Positions 11,539-20,682 of a stretch of DNA of 64,000 nucleotides are shown in pieces (the first letter of the stretch is position 1; the number at the start of each line of letters is the position of its first letter). The notes beneath the pieces are model-generated. The model did not search any database, was not told the DNA's origin, and worked only from the letters and a program-made list of their open reading frames with translations. This DNA comes from a candidate division FCPU426 bacterium. Lineage in GTDB: Bacteria > Oederibacteriota > PGYV01 > Palsa-1178. A program made the translations under genes and the position numbers. The DNA is taken from contig CAWIXE010000003.1 in NCBI GenBank assembly GCA_963840035.1, forward strand, positions 416,001-480,000. Direction: 5' to 3'.

Positions 11539-12650
11539 TGAAATGGATAAAAACCGGCTCACTTCAGGATGGCTCTGAATGCGCCATAGATGTTATTGAC
11601 CTCAAAGGCAATCCGCTTGTAAACAAAGGATCGACAGTAAGCGGCGCCGCGATTGAAAAGCTAAAATACGCCGCTATTCCATTTATCTATGTAAAAGACG
11701 CGGATACAATTGTGAGCAATGTGTATCCGATGAAAATAATTGCAGAAATGCTCCGTGTTCTTTATTATTTCAGCGCATCCGGCGGGGAAAACGCTGAAAT
11801 CCTTAAACGCTACAACTCTGATGAAGTCAGGCGGTTTCTCTCCTACTCAAATGACGCGGGCAGCAGGATAGCGTACGGGCACATTTTCAGTTTTTTCGCC
11901 GGTGAAATGTTGTCGGCCCTTAAAAAGGGCGAAAAGCAGTGCTATGACTTCAGGGATTACAGGGACAAGAGCACATATTACAGTTTCCACGCTGTAAATG
12001 CAGCCTGCATCAGCGCTGTCATGGCATATAATATGGGCCTTCCGGATAAGGACATAACAGACCTTATTACGGGCACACTTTTGTATGACATAAAAATGAT
12101 AATACATAAGTTTGTCAATGACAGCAGGGAACTTGTGGAAATTGAAAAGAACGAAATGCGGCAGCATCCGGCCGAAGGGTATGAGGCCATAAGAAGAATA
12201 TTCGGCCTGTCAGCCAGCGCCGCAGCCATAGCCCTGCAGCACCATGAAAGGATTGACGGCAGCGGCTATCCCAAAGGGTTAAAGGGCGGCGATATCAACC
12301 TTTTAAGCAGGATAGCGGCTATAGCTGACGTCTATGACGCGCTCACAAGCAACAGGCCTTTCAGGCCTGCGTATAAGCCTGATGAGGCGTGGGACTATAT
12401 GGTTTCAAATTCCGGGGTGTTATTTGATGAACAGGTTATGGAAGCGTTTAAGCAGTCGATCCCGAAGTATATGCCGGGGGACAGCGTTGAACTAAGCGAC
12501 GGCAGGAGTGCGGTAGTACTGAAAAACAGTCCCGGAAAGTTCAACAAGCCGGGGATAAATATAATTGAAAAAAACGGCAAAAGTGCTATAATCTCTTGCG
12601 GTGAAAAAACCGTTTTTTCAATCATTAAAACCCTGGACTCAGTCCGCTGA
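11538..12650 (+). CDS. HD-GYP domain protein (HD dyad reads YD)
   Basis: QHHERIDGSGYPKGL and IADVYDALTSNRPFR present; LLYDIK at the usual LLHDIG position. Confidence 0.85.
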   Translation: MKWIKTGSLQDGSECAIDVIDLKGNPLVNKGSTVSGAAIEKLKYAAIPFIYVKDADTIVSNVYPMKIIAEMLRVLYYFSASGGENAEILKRYNSDEVRRFLSYSNDAGSRIAYGHIFSFFAGEMLSALKKGEKQCYDFRDYRDKSTYYSFHAVNAACISAVMAYNMGLPDKDITDLITGTLLYDIKMIIHKFVNDSRELVEIEKNEMRQHPAEGYEAIRRIFGLSASAAAIALQHHERIDGSGYPKGLKGGDINLLSRIAAIADVYDALTSNRPFRPAYKPDEAWDYMVSNSGVLFDEQVMEAFKQSIPKYMPGDSVELSDGRSAVVLKNSPGKFNKPGINIIEKNGKSAIISCGEKTVFSIIKTLDSVR

Positions 12651-12663
12651 AGGAGTAACATAT

Positions 12664-13458
12664 ATGGGGAGAATTATTTCCGTCGCCAACCAGAAAGGCG
12701 GCGTAGGCAAGACTACAACCACGGTAAATACCGCAAGCGCCATAGCCGCAAGGGGAAAAAAAGTCCTTGTAGTGGATATTGACCCGCAGGGCAATGCCAC
12801 GCTTGGGCTCGGACTGGATAAGGAATCCGAGGATGAGAACGCGTACGAGCTTTTAATCGGCGAAGCGCCAGTCAGGTCGGTAATTAAAAAGACAGCGTAT
12901 GAGAACCTTGATATTATACCGTCAAACAGCAGCCTTGCCGGCGCTGAAATAGAGCTGGTAAACGAGGAAGAAAGGGAAACCCGCCTTAAAAAAGCCCTGG
13001 ACGAGATAAAGGATGAATACGATTATATTTACATAGATTCCCCGCCTTCGCTGGGCCTTTTAACCATTAACTCACTGGCGGCCTCAGATTCGGTAATGAT
13101 ACCCATGCAGTGCGAGTTTTACGCCCTTGACGGGCTGGCCAGGCTTCTGGAAACCATAACCGCGATTAAAGCCTCGCTTAATACGCACCTGGTCATCGAG
13201 GGCGTATTGATAACGATGTTTGACGGACGGACCTCGCTGTCCCTTCAGGTTGTGGAAGAGGTAAAGAAAAAATTTAAGGACAAGGTTTATGACACCGTAA
13301 TACCCAGGAACGTAAGGCTATCCGAGGCGCCCAGTTTCGGACAGCCCATCGATATATACGACAGAAATTCAAAGGGCGCGCAGGCCTATGACAGGCTGGC
13401 GGCGGAAATAACAGGCATTAAAGAGGCGCAAAAAAGCGCGCCGGGAAAGGGGAAATAA
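12664..13458 (+). CDS. parA: Chromosome partitioning ATPase ParA/Soj
   Basis: NQKGGVGKTTT, DIDPQGNAT, IDSPPSLG and IPRNVRLSEAPSFG; ATG 12664 follows GGAG. Confidence 0.95.
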   Translation: MGRIISVANQKGGVGKTTTTVNTASAIAARGKKVLVVDIDPQGNATLGLGLDKESEDENAYELLIGEAPVRSVIKKTAYENLDIIPSNSSLAGAEIELVNEEERETRLKKALDEIKDEYDYIYIDSPPSLGLLTINSLAASDSVMIPMQCEFYALDGLARLLETITAIKASLNTHLVIEGVLITMFDGRTSLSLQVVEEVKKKFKDKVYDTVIPRNVRLSEAPSFGQPIDIYDRNSKGAQAYDRLAAEITGIKEAQKSAPGKGK

Positions 13459-13459
13459 C

Positions 13460-14311
13460 ATGGCAAGACAGGCATTAGGAAAAGGGCTTGGCGCGCTCAT
13501 ACCGGGGGCAAAGTCAAAAAATAGCGGAGCGGATAATAAAGGTTTTTCGGAGATTGCCATTGCGGAAATAAAACCAAATCCAAACCAGCCGAGGAAGCAT
13601 TTTACCCCGGAAAAAATGCAGGAAATGATCGAGTCGATAAAGCGTAACGGCGTGCTTTCGCCCATTCTCGTAAGGGAAATGGGCAATAAATATGAAATAA
13701 TTGCGGGCGAGCGCAGGTTTATAGCGGCCCAGCGCGCGGGTTTAAAGGCAGTCCCGGTTGTCATTAAACACGTATCACCGGCGCAGCAGCAGGAATACGC
13801 CTTAATAGAAAATATAATAAGGGAAGACCTTAATCCTGTTGAAGTGGCTATCGCGTATAAAAGCCTTATGGAAGAGCACAAGCTCACGCAGGAGCAGATA
13901 GCCGACAGGCTCGGGGTTAACAGGGCATCCGTGGCTAATACGGTCCGCATTCTTAAACTTCCTCAGGAAGTGCAGTCATATATTGTCAACGGCCAGCTTG
14001 AGTTCGGGCACGCCAAGGTCCTAGCCGGTGTTGATGATAAGTCCAGGCAGAAAGTGCTCGCGAACATGGCTGTAAAAAGGGGCCTCTCTGTAAGGGAACT
14101 GGAAGCCATGATATCTAAACCAGCAGGTAAAAAATCATCCGGCAAAAAGGCAACCTCGACAGAAATGAAAAGGGTTGAGGATAAGTTGAAACTTCACTTT
14201 GGGACAAAAGTAAGCGTCAAAGGCGATTATAAAAAAGGCAAGATAGAAGTGGAATACTACAGCTCCGAGGATTTTGACAGGATACTGGAGATATTAAAGA
14301 TTCATATGTAG
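13460..14311 (+). CDS. parB: Chromosome partitioning protein ParB/Spo0J
   Basis: ALGKGLGALIP, NPNQPRK, IIAGERR and ALIENIIREDLNPVE motifs. Confidence 0.95.
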   Translation: MARQALGKGLGALIPGAKSKNSGADNKGFSEIAIAEIKPNPNQPRKHFTPEKMQEMIESIKRNGVLSPILVREMGNKYEIIAGERRFIAAQRAGLKAVPVVIKHVSPAQQQEYALIENIIREDLNPVEVAIAYKSLMEEHKLTQEQIADRLGVNRASVANTVRILKLPQEVQSYIVNGQLEFGHAKVLAGVDDKSRQKVLANMAVKRGLSVRELEAMISKPAGKKSSGKKATSTEMKRVEDKLKLHFGTKVSVKGDYKKGKIEVEYYSSEDFDRILEILKIHM

Positions 14312-14314
14312 AGC

Positions 14315-14457
14315 GAATTTTAGATTCTGGATTCTAGATTCTGAATTAGGAAATGAAACAATAAAACAAAAAGCCCCGGTTTTACCGGGGCTTTTTGTTT
14401 TATTGTTTGTGGTGTTATGTTTTTAATCCAAAATCTAAAATCCAGAATCTAGAATTC
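14315..14457. repeat. Inverted heptamer-array element (unit RGATTCT) enclosing a terminator
   Basis: Left GAATTTT AGATTCT GGATTCT AGATTCT GAATTA; right TAATCC AAAATCT AAAATCC AGAATCT AGAATTC. Confidence 0.9.
14356..14408. terminator. Bidirectional intrinsic terminator between convergent genes
   Basis: Perfect 25-bp inverted repeat AAACAATAAAACAAAAAGCCCCGGT-ttt-ACCGGGGCTTTTTGTTTTATTGTTT. Confidence 0.9.
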
Positions 14458-14458
14458 C

Positions 14459-14893
14459 TTATTTAACCTTCTTTATCGGCGCTGTTGATGCCTTGTCTAC
14501 TTCTGACTGGAGCTGTTTAATCCAGGCATCATATTCGGGTTTGATCTCGTTTAGTTTCTGCCTTGACTGTTTTACCCATTTTGATTCGGGCGGGGTAAAT
14601 AGGTCGACGACCGTCTGGAACTCCACGTAGGCGTTTTTAAGAGCGTTATCTTCCATGAGCATCTGGTATTCAATCTCGTTGATCTCTTTTTTCGCGAGTT
14701 TTTCGTCATAATATTTCTTTTTCATGTCGGGGTTCCTGTAAAAATCAAGGAATTTGACCCCTTCGTTATATTCCCTTTTTGCCCTTTTAACAACCTCAAA
14801 ATAAGCCATGAAATAAGCGATGATCAGGCATCCTATTACAAGTCCCGCGATGATCAGGGCGTCTTTCTTCTTGTCTTTTTTATCTTCAGCCAT
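14459..14893 (-). CDS. Hypothetical single-TM membrane protein
   Basis: 144-aa ORF with AGGAGG RBS, one hydrophobic helix and its own consensus promoter. Confidence 0.8.
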   Translation of the reverse strand: MAEDKKDKKKDALIIAGLVIGCLIIAYFMAYFEVVKRAKREYNEGVKFLDFYRNPDMKKKYYDEKLAKKEINEIEYQMLMEDNALKNAYVEFQTVVDLFTPPESKWVKQSRQKLNEIKPEYDAWIKQLQSEVDKASTAPIKKVK

Positions 14894-14920
14894 GAATTCC
14901 TCCTAATATTTGATTTTTTG

Positions 14921-14949
14921 ATTATAGAATGAAAAACCGTTATTGTCAA
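14921..14949 (-). promoter_or_regulatory. Sigma70-type promoter for the 144-aa gene
   Basis: TTGACA (14949-14944), 17 nt, TATAAT (14926-14921) on the minus strand. Confidence 0.8.
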
Positions 14950-14971
14950 TATAACAGATTGGTTAGCAGGG

Positions 14972-15035
14972 TGATTCTGAATTCTAGATTCTGGATTCTG
15001 GATTGAAAACAAGGCGTAATCCAGAATCTAGAATC
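14972..15035. repeat. Inverted heptamer-array element (unit RGATTCT)
   Basis: TGATTCT GAATTCT AGATTCT GGATTCT GGATT, 13-nt spacer, AATCC AGAATCT AGAATC. Confidence 0.9.
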
Positions 15036-15040
15036 GCTCC

Positions 15041-15069
15041 TTGACACTAATTGAATATTATTATAAGTT
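15041..15069 (+). promoter_or_regulatory. Probable sigma70-type promoter for the recX-alaS operon
   Basis: TTGACA at 15041, 17 nt, TAAGTT. Confidence 0.55.
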
Positions 15070-15131
15070 AATAGTACCCGGAATATGTGCTATATATAAT
15101 AAGGAAGAAAACACGGCAAAAGAGGTATCAA

Positions 15132-15608
15132 ATGGCAAAAAAAGAGACGTCAGCGGCTGATTACGCCCTTAAAATGCTGGGAATACGCGATTATGGTGAG
15201 GCGGAACTCAGGGTAAAACTTGAGGCCAAAAATTATCCGGCTGATGAAATTGACAGGGTAATGGCTTCACTTAAGTCTAAAAAATTTATAAACGACAGCG
15301 CTTATGCAGCGAAAATACTCCATAAATACTCGGTAATCATGCCGTCAGGACGGGAATTAGTTAAGCTTAAAATGGAAGAAAAATCCATTAAACCTGTAGA
15401 ATACACACTGGCGCTTGAAAAAAGGGACGAGCTTGAAACGGCAAGAAGGGCTTTTAAGATGAAATTCGGCAAAACGGCCGTTTCTGAAAACCCGAATAAA
15501 ACAAGGCAAAAAGCAGCCAATTATTTGGCAACAAAAGGTTTTGATTATGATATAATTGAAAATATCCTGAACGATGAAATTAAAGGAGGAAATGACTTTG
15601 AACAGTAA
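15132..15608 (+). CDS. recX: Regulatory protein RecX
   Basis: ALKMLGIRDYGEAELRVKL, FINDSAYA and YLATKGF; directly upstream of alaS; ATG follows GAGG. Confidence 0.8.
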   Translation: MAKKETSAADYALKMLGIRDYGEAELRVKLEAKNYPADEIDRVMASLKSKKFINDSAYAAKILHKYSVIMPSGRELVKLKMEEKSIKPVEYTLALEKRDELETARRAFKMKFGKTAVSENPNKTRQKAANYLATKGFDYDIIENILNDEIKGGNDFEQ

Positions 15609-18219
15609 CGAACTGAGAAAATCATACTTGCAGTTTTTCGCGGAAAGGGGCCATACCATAAGGCCTTCTTCTTCGCTTATACCTGATGACGCCTCGCTGC
15701 TATTTACCGTGGCCGGGATGGTGCCTTTTAAGAACCATTTTCTCGGCACGATACCGCTTACTTTTACAAGGGCTACGTCATCCCAGAAATGCATCAGGAC
15801 AAACGACATAGATAATGTCGGCCGTACGCGCAGGCACCATACTTTCTTTGAAATGCTCGGCCATTTTTCATTCGGCGATTATTTTAAGAAAGAGGCCATC
15901 GAGTGGATATGGGAATTCCTGACAGAAACCGTAAAACTGCCCAAAGACAGGCTTTATATAACGGTATACTTAGACGACGATGAAGCTTATGAAATATGGA
16001 ATAAAAAGATGAAAATCCCGGCGGACCGCATTTTCAGGCTGGGCAAGGAGACGAATTTCTGGGAAATGGGGCCGGTGGGGCCGTGCGGCTACTGCAGCGA
16101 GATTTATTTTGATTTTGAGGGCGGCAATAAGGGAAAAGTTACAGCCGAAGACATTGAGAAGAACGACGACAGGTTCCTGGAAATATGCAACAGCGTTTTT
16201 ACGGAGTTTGACAAGCAGCCTGACGGCACGCTCGGGCCGCTTAAGCAGAAGAACATAGATTTCGGAATGGGGCTTGAAAGGCTCGCTGTTGTCTCACAGG
16301 GGGTGTTTTCAAACTTTGAAACAGACCTTTTCATGCCCATCATAAAGGAAGTGGCTGACAAGGCCGGCACCGTATACGGAAAAAACCCGGATACCGATGT
16401 GTCCTTAAGGGTTGTAGCCGACCACGCCAGGGGCGTTACTTTTTTAATCGGAGACGGGGTGCTGCCTTCGAATGAAGGCCGCGGATATGTTTTAAGAAGG
16501 CTCATCAGGCGCGCAGTGCGCCACGGCAGGCGGCTCGGGTTCAGGGAAACATTTTTATCAAAGGTGGTGCCTGTAGTCCTGCATATCATGGGCGAGGCTT
16601 ATCCGGAAACGGCGCAGAGGAAAGATTACATAATGCAGATTATAAAACTGGAAGAGGATAAGTTTCAGGAGACCATGGATAAGGGCATTGAAATATTAAA
16701 CCAGGAAATTGAAACACTTAAAAAATCAGGCGCAAGCGTGCTCTCCGGGGATATAGTTTTTAAGCTTTATGACACCTTCGGATTCCCCATAGAAATAACA
16801 GAGGAAATACTGACTGAACAGAAATTATCAGCCGACAAGGAAGGGTTTAAGAAAAACATGGAAGCCCAGAGGGAAGCCGCGAAGAAAGCGTGGAAAGGCG
16901 TGAATGTCAGCGCTGCGGACACCGTACCCGAGGAAATAATTAAAAATATAGCGGTCACTAAGTTCATGGGATATGAGGCGTTTGAAGAAAACGGATGCCG
17001 GGTTATCGCCATAGTTAAGGATAAAAAGAAAATATCTGAGGCAGGGCAGGGTACACAAGCCCTTGTTATACTCGATAAAACGCCGTGCTATGGCGAAGGC
17101 GGAGGCCAGGTGGGCGACCAGGGAATGATGTCGTCCGGGGATGTATCAGCTGAAATCCTTGACACACAGAAGACCGAGGACCGTTTTGTTCACAGGGTAA
17201 AGGTCGTCAAGGGAATTATAAAAGAAGGCGATACGCTGAAAGTATCCGTCAACAGGGAATCGCGCGCCGCGATTATGAAGAATCATACCGGCACGCACCT
17301 TCTGCAGGCTGCTTTGCGCAATATTTTAGGGGCGCATGTGGAACAGGCCGGTTCTTATGTCGGCCCTGACAGGCTCAGGTTTGACTTCACGCACTTTGCC
17401 GCTTTAACCGAAGAGGAAACAAAAAGGACCGAAAAGATGGTTAATAAGTGGGTGCAGGAATCCATCCCGGTAAGCGTGAAGGTTATGACCGTAACTGAAG
17501 CAAAAAACACGGGCGCCATGGCCCTTTTTGAGGAAAAATATAAAGGCGAGGTAAGGGTGGTTTCAGTGGGCGATGTGTCCAAGGAACTCTGCGCGGGAAC
17601 GCATCTGCGTAACATAGGCGAGATAGGGTTGTTTAAGATAGTGTCTTCAGCCTCTACTGCGGCCGGAATAAGAAGGATAGAGGCCTTAACCGGAGAGGCC
17701 TCATACAACATGGTTGTTGAAAATGATAATTTCATTAAGGAACTCAAGGCGTCCTTTAAGACAACGGATATGAACGAACTCGAAGAGAAGATAAAGAAAC
17801 TGATGAAAGACTATAAGGAAATGGAAAAAAAGGTCGACGGCGTTAAAAAAGCGGGAATGATGAAGAATGTGGATGATTACATAAACTCGGCAAAGGAAAT
17901 AAACGGGGTTAAGGTGATTACCATAAAATTTACCGATGTTGAAAAGGACGCTGTCCGCCAGTTGGGCGATGTGCTCCGGGAAAAGGTAAAGAAAGCAGTG
18001 ATAGTCATAGCCACCATAAATGAAGGCAAGGCTGGTTTCCTTTCAATGGTGACTGACGACTTAACAGACAGGTTTGACGCTTCAAAGATAGTCAAGCAGG
18101 TAGCCGCCATATGCGGCGGAGGCGGAGGCGGCAAGAAGAACATGGCCGAAGCCGGGGCAAAAGACATCTCAAAAATAGACGAAGCTCTTTTAGAGACGGA
18201 AAAAGCCGTTAAAGGATGA
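15592..18219 (+). CDS. alaS: Alanine--tRNA ligase
   Basis: LLFTVAGMVPFK, RHHTFFEMLG, NHTGTHLL and ELCAGTH; ATG 15592 follows AGGAGG. Confidence 0.98.
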   Translation: MTLNSNELRKSYLQFFAERGHTIRPSSSLIPDDASLLFTVAGMVPFKNHFLGTIPLTFTRATSSQKCIRTNDIDNVGRTRRHHTFFEMLGHFSFGDYFKKEAIEWIWEFLTETVKLPKDRLYITVYLDDDEAYEIWNKKMKIPADRIFRLGKETNFWEMGPVGPCGYCSEIYFDFEGGNKGKVTAEDIEKNDDRFLEICNSVFTEFDKQPDGTLGPLKQKNIDFGMGLERLAVVSQGVFSNFETDLFMPIIKEVADKAGTVYGKNPDTDVSLRVVADHARGVTFLIGDGVLPSNEGRGYVLRRLIRRAVRHGRRLGFRETFLSKVVPVVLHIMGEAYPETAQRKDYIMQIIKLEEDKFQETMDKGIEILNQEIETLKKSGASVLSGDIVFKLYDTFGFPIEITEEILTEQKLSADKEGFKKNMEAQREAAKKAWKGVNVSAADTVPEEIIKNIAVTKFMGYEAFEENGCRVIAIVKDKKKISEAGQGTQALVILDKTPCYGEGGGQVGDQGMMSSGDVSAEILDTQKTEDRFVHRVKVVKGIIKEGDTLKVSVNRESRAAIMKNHTGTHLLQAALRNILGAHVEQAGSYVGPDRLRFDFTHFAALTEEETKRTEKMVNKWVQESIPVSVKVMTVTEAKNTGAMALFEEKYKGEVRVVSVGDVSKELCAGTHLRNIGEIGLFKIVSSASTAAGIRRIEALTGEASYNMVVENDNFIKELKASFKTTDMNELEEKIKKLMKDYKEMEKKVDGVKKAGMMKNVDDYINSAKEINGVKVITIKFTDVEKDAVRQLGDVLREKVKKAVIVIATINEGKAGFLSMVTDDLTDRFDASKIVKQVAAICGGGGGGKKNMAEAGAKDISKIDEALLETEKAVKG

Positions 18220-18223
18220 CATA

Positions 18224-18643
18224 TTGAAAATAATTTGTTTTGACCCGGGTACGGTGCGCATAGGCGCGGCCATCAGCGATGAGACCGCTTACCTGGCAAG
18301 GCCGCTGGAGTTTATCAAGGTCAATGAAAGGCTTGATATTAACCTGCTGGAACTTGCTAAAAGAGACCCGTTTGAAGTTATAGTCGTAGGCAATCCGCTT
18401 AACATGGACGGGACTAAAAATCCGCACACAAAGCACGGCGACGAACTTGTGGAGAGGCTTACAAGGCTGTTTCCGGATATACCCCTGGTACTGCGTGATG
18501 AAAGGCTCACCACCAGGGAAGCAAACGACATAATGATACGGGCTGACATGAGCCGTAAAAAAAGGAAGAAAAAAGTGGACAGCCTGGCAGCTGTCCTTAT
18601 ATTGCAGGGCTACTTGGACCACCTGCGTTCGGGGAAAAAATGA
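18224..18643 (+). CDS. ruvX: Holliday junction resolvase-like protein RuvX/YqgF
   Basis: FDPGTVRIGAAISD, DERLTT and VDSLAAVLILQGYLD; alaS-ruvX-mltG synteny. Confidence 0.92.
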   Translation: MKIICFDPGTVRIGAAISDETAYLARPLEFIKVNERLDINLLELAKRDPFEVIVVGNPLNMDGTKNPHTKHGDELVERLTRLFPDIPLVLRDERLTTREANDIMIRADMSRKKRKKKVDSLAAVLILQGYLDHLRSGKK

Positions 18644-19689
18644 TAAAAAAAGAGACGCCACAGGCCGGTTTTTTAAACGAAAAAAATATTGTGATTCTTG
18701 CAGCCACTATAGCTGTGGTGCTGTTTCTTTCGGTTTTTGTATCGCTTTCATTGCCGTCTTCATACGGGCGTAAAGAGCAAAAGGTTGTTTACATCCTTTA
18801 CGGGTCAGGGTTAAAGAAAATAACCGCGGCGCTTGACAGCGCCGGGCTGCTCAGAAACCCTGTTTTATTTCAGGCGTACTCGCTGATAACCGGAAGCTAT
18901 AAAAAAATGAAAGCCGGGGAATATGAATTTTACACATCTGACAGCGCCCTGGCAATAGCCGGCAAGATGGTGAGGGGCGAATTTATGCTCCATAAGGTGC
19001 TTGTACCTGAAGGCTCGGACATATATGACGTAGCTGAAATACTTTCCTCACAGAATCTGGCGGATGGCGCGAAGTTTTTAGCCGCGGCAAAGGATCCGGC
19101 ATTACTCAAAAGCCTGGGTATTGACGCGCCTACGGCTGAAGGCTATCTTTTTCCTGATACATATTCATTTGTGCTCGGGGAGAGCAATAAAAAAATTATT
19201 TCCACAATGTACGACAGGTTTAAATCAAAGTCTCCGGTGGATCCTTCTAAGAATTATGAGGTTGCGGGTTATAAAATATCGGGGTATAAGCTTTTGATCC
19301 TGGCGTCCATTATTGAAAAGGAAGCGCAGCTTGAGTCTGAGAGGCCGGTAATTGCCTCTGTGTTTTATAACAGGCTGAAGTCGCCTGAAGCCTACCAGCG
19401 CAGGCTGGAATCATGCGCGACAGTGCGTTACGCGCTCGGCAAAAGGACCGGCACTATTACATATAAAGACCTGAAATCACCGTCAAAGTATAATACTTAC
19501 ATCACAATAGGCCTTCCGCCCGGGCCGATATGCAACCCGGGGCTGCTTTCCATGCTGGCCGCAATAAACCCGGCAAAGACCAATTACAGGTATTTTGTAG
19601 TATGGGAACAGGGCGAGCATACTTTTTCAGAGACGCTTCAGGAACATAATAACGCGAAAAATAAAAACAGGAAACAGAGGGCACAGTGA
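18640..19689 (+). CDS. mltG: Endolytic transglycosylase MltG
   Basis: EGYLFPDTY, LASIIEKEA, SVFYNRL and GLPPGPICNPG. Confidence 0.95.
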   Translation: MIKKETPQAGFLNEKNIVILAATIAVVLFLSVFVSLSLPSSYGRKEQKVVYILYGSGLKKITAALDSAGLLRNPVLFQAYSLITGSYKKMKAGEYEFYTSDSALAIAGKMVRGEFMLHKVLVPEGSDIYDVAEILSSQNLADGAKFLAAAKDPALLKSLGIDAPTAEGYLFPDTYSFVLGESNKKIISTMYDRFKSKSPVDPSKNYEVAGYKISGYKLLILASIIEKEAQLESERPVIASVFYNRLKSPEAYQRRLESCATVRYALGKRTGTITYKDLKSPSKYNTYITIGLPPGPICNPGLLSMLAAINPAKTNYRYFVVWEQGEHTFSETLQEHNNAKNKNRKQRAQ

Positions 19690-20657
19690 AAAAAAGAACC
19701 ATGATTCTTGTCCTGGCTGCGGTTACCGCGGTATCGGCGTTAATATACGCCGATACATGGGGCGGGTTTGCCGGGGACCGGCTGGAACCGTGGAAATTTC
19801 AGGTTGTATACACGGAAAAGTACTTTGAATACGACACCTTTCGTTATGCTGACGAGAGCCTGCTTGATAAATACTACTTGCAGACACAGGCATACATACC
19901 CGGAAGCATGCTTTCAGGCATAGAGCACGGGTTCATACTACGCTGCGGGGTAACGGATGGGATTGCGGCAAATGCAAGGGTGGACTATATATCCCAAAAA
20001 ATGGAAAGTTATAATTTGAATAATCCGCAGTCGCTCAGCCTTTTCATGACAGGTTACGACAAAGCGCTTCCGGGAATAATACTCGGGTTCAGGTTTCCGC
20101 TTACCTCATCCATACCGGATGACATGCGGCTTATCGACCTGACAAAAAGGATGGGGCTTATTACCGGGGTTTTTTATTCCGGAAACCTCTGGCTTATTGA
20201 TTACTCGGGCGAAGCTGTTTATGAGATGGACCTGAATACATTTTCAAAGGACCAGGATAAGAATACCAGCCAGCTTGACGTGTCAGCTTCGCTGGGGGTA
20301 AACATATACGGCGTAAAAGAGAGGCAGAAAATAGACTTTATCGCCGAGGCGCTTTTTACGGTCGGCGCCAGGGATTATATGGCCTTTAAGCTGGTGCCGC
20401 AGGCACGAATGACTTTTTATAATGATTTTACGGCCATCCTGGGGGCTGAAGCCATAATCTACGCGCAGAACGCGTATTTAAACAGCGATGATAAACTATT
20501 GCGATATACCGCAAGAATTGAATATCTTATAAACAGCGACTTAAGGAAAGTAACGGATACAGCCCAGGTATTAAGCGCGCCGCTGATAGTGGGCGAGCCC
20601 ACTCCTGTGCCGACTGCAACGCCGGCCGCGCTGTTCCAGATTACGCCGATACCGTAA
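19686..20657 (+). CDS. Hypothetical exported protein, possible beta-barrel, with P/T-rich tail
   Basis: Signal-peptide-like N-terminus, amphipathic strands, start overlaps the mltG stop. Confidence 0.65.
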   Translation: MKKRTMILVLAAVTAVSALIYADTWGGFAGDRLEPWKFQVVYTEKYFEYDTFRYADESLLDKYYLQTQAYIPGSMLSGIEHGFILRCGVTDGIAANARVDYISQKMESYNLNNPQSLSLFMTGYDKALPGIILGFRFPLTSSIPDDMRLIDLTKRMGLITGVFYSGNLWLIDYSGEAVYEMDLNTFSKDQDKNTSQLDVSASLGVNIYGVKERQKIDFIAEALFTVGARDYMAFKLVPQARMTFYNDFTAILGAEAIIYAQNAYLNSDDKLLRYTARIEYLINSDLRKVTDTAQVLSAPLIVGEPTPVPTATPAALFQITPIP

Positions 20658-20682
20658 CTAAAAAGTCATATAAGGGGAAAAA

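Noticed and set aside
12601..14460. parS site or replication origin near parAB
   Set aside because: No TGTTTCACGTGAAACA-like palindrome or DnaA-box cluster was noticed by eye; a motif scan would be needed to exclude them.
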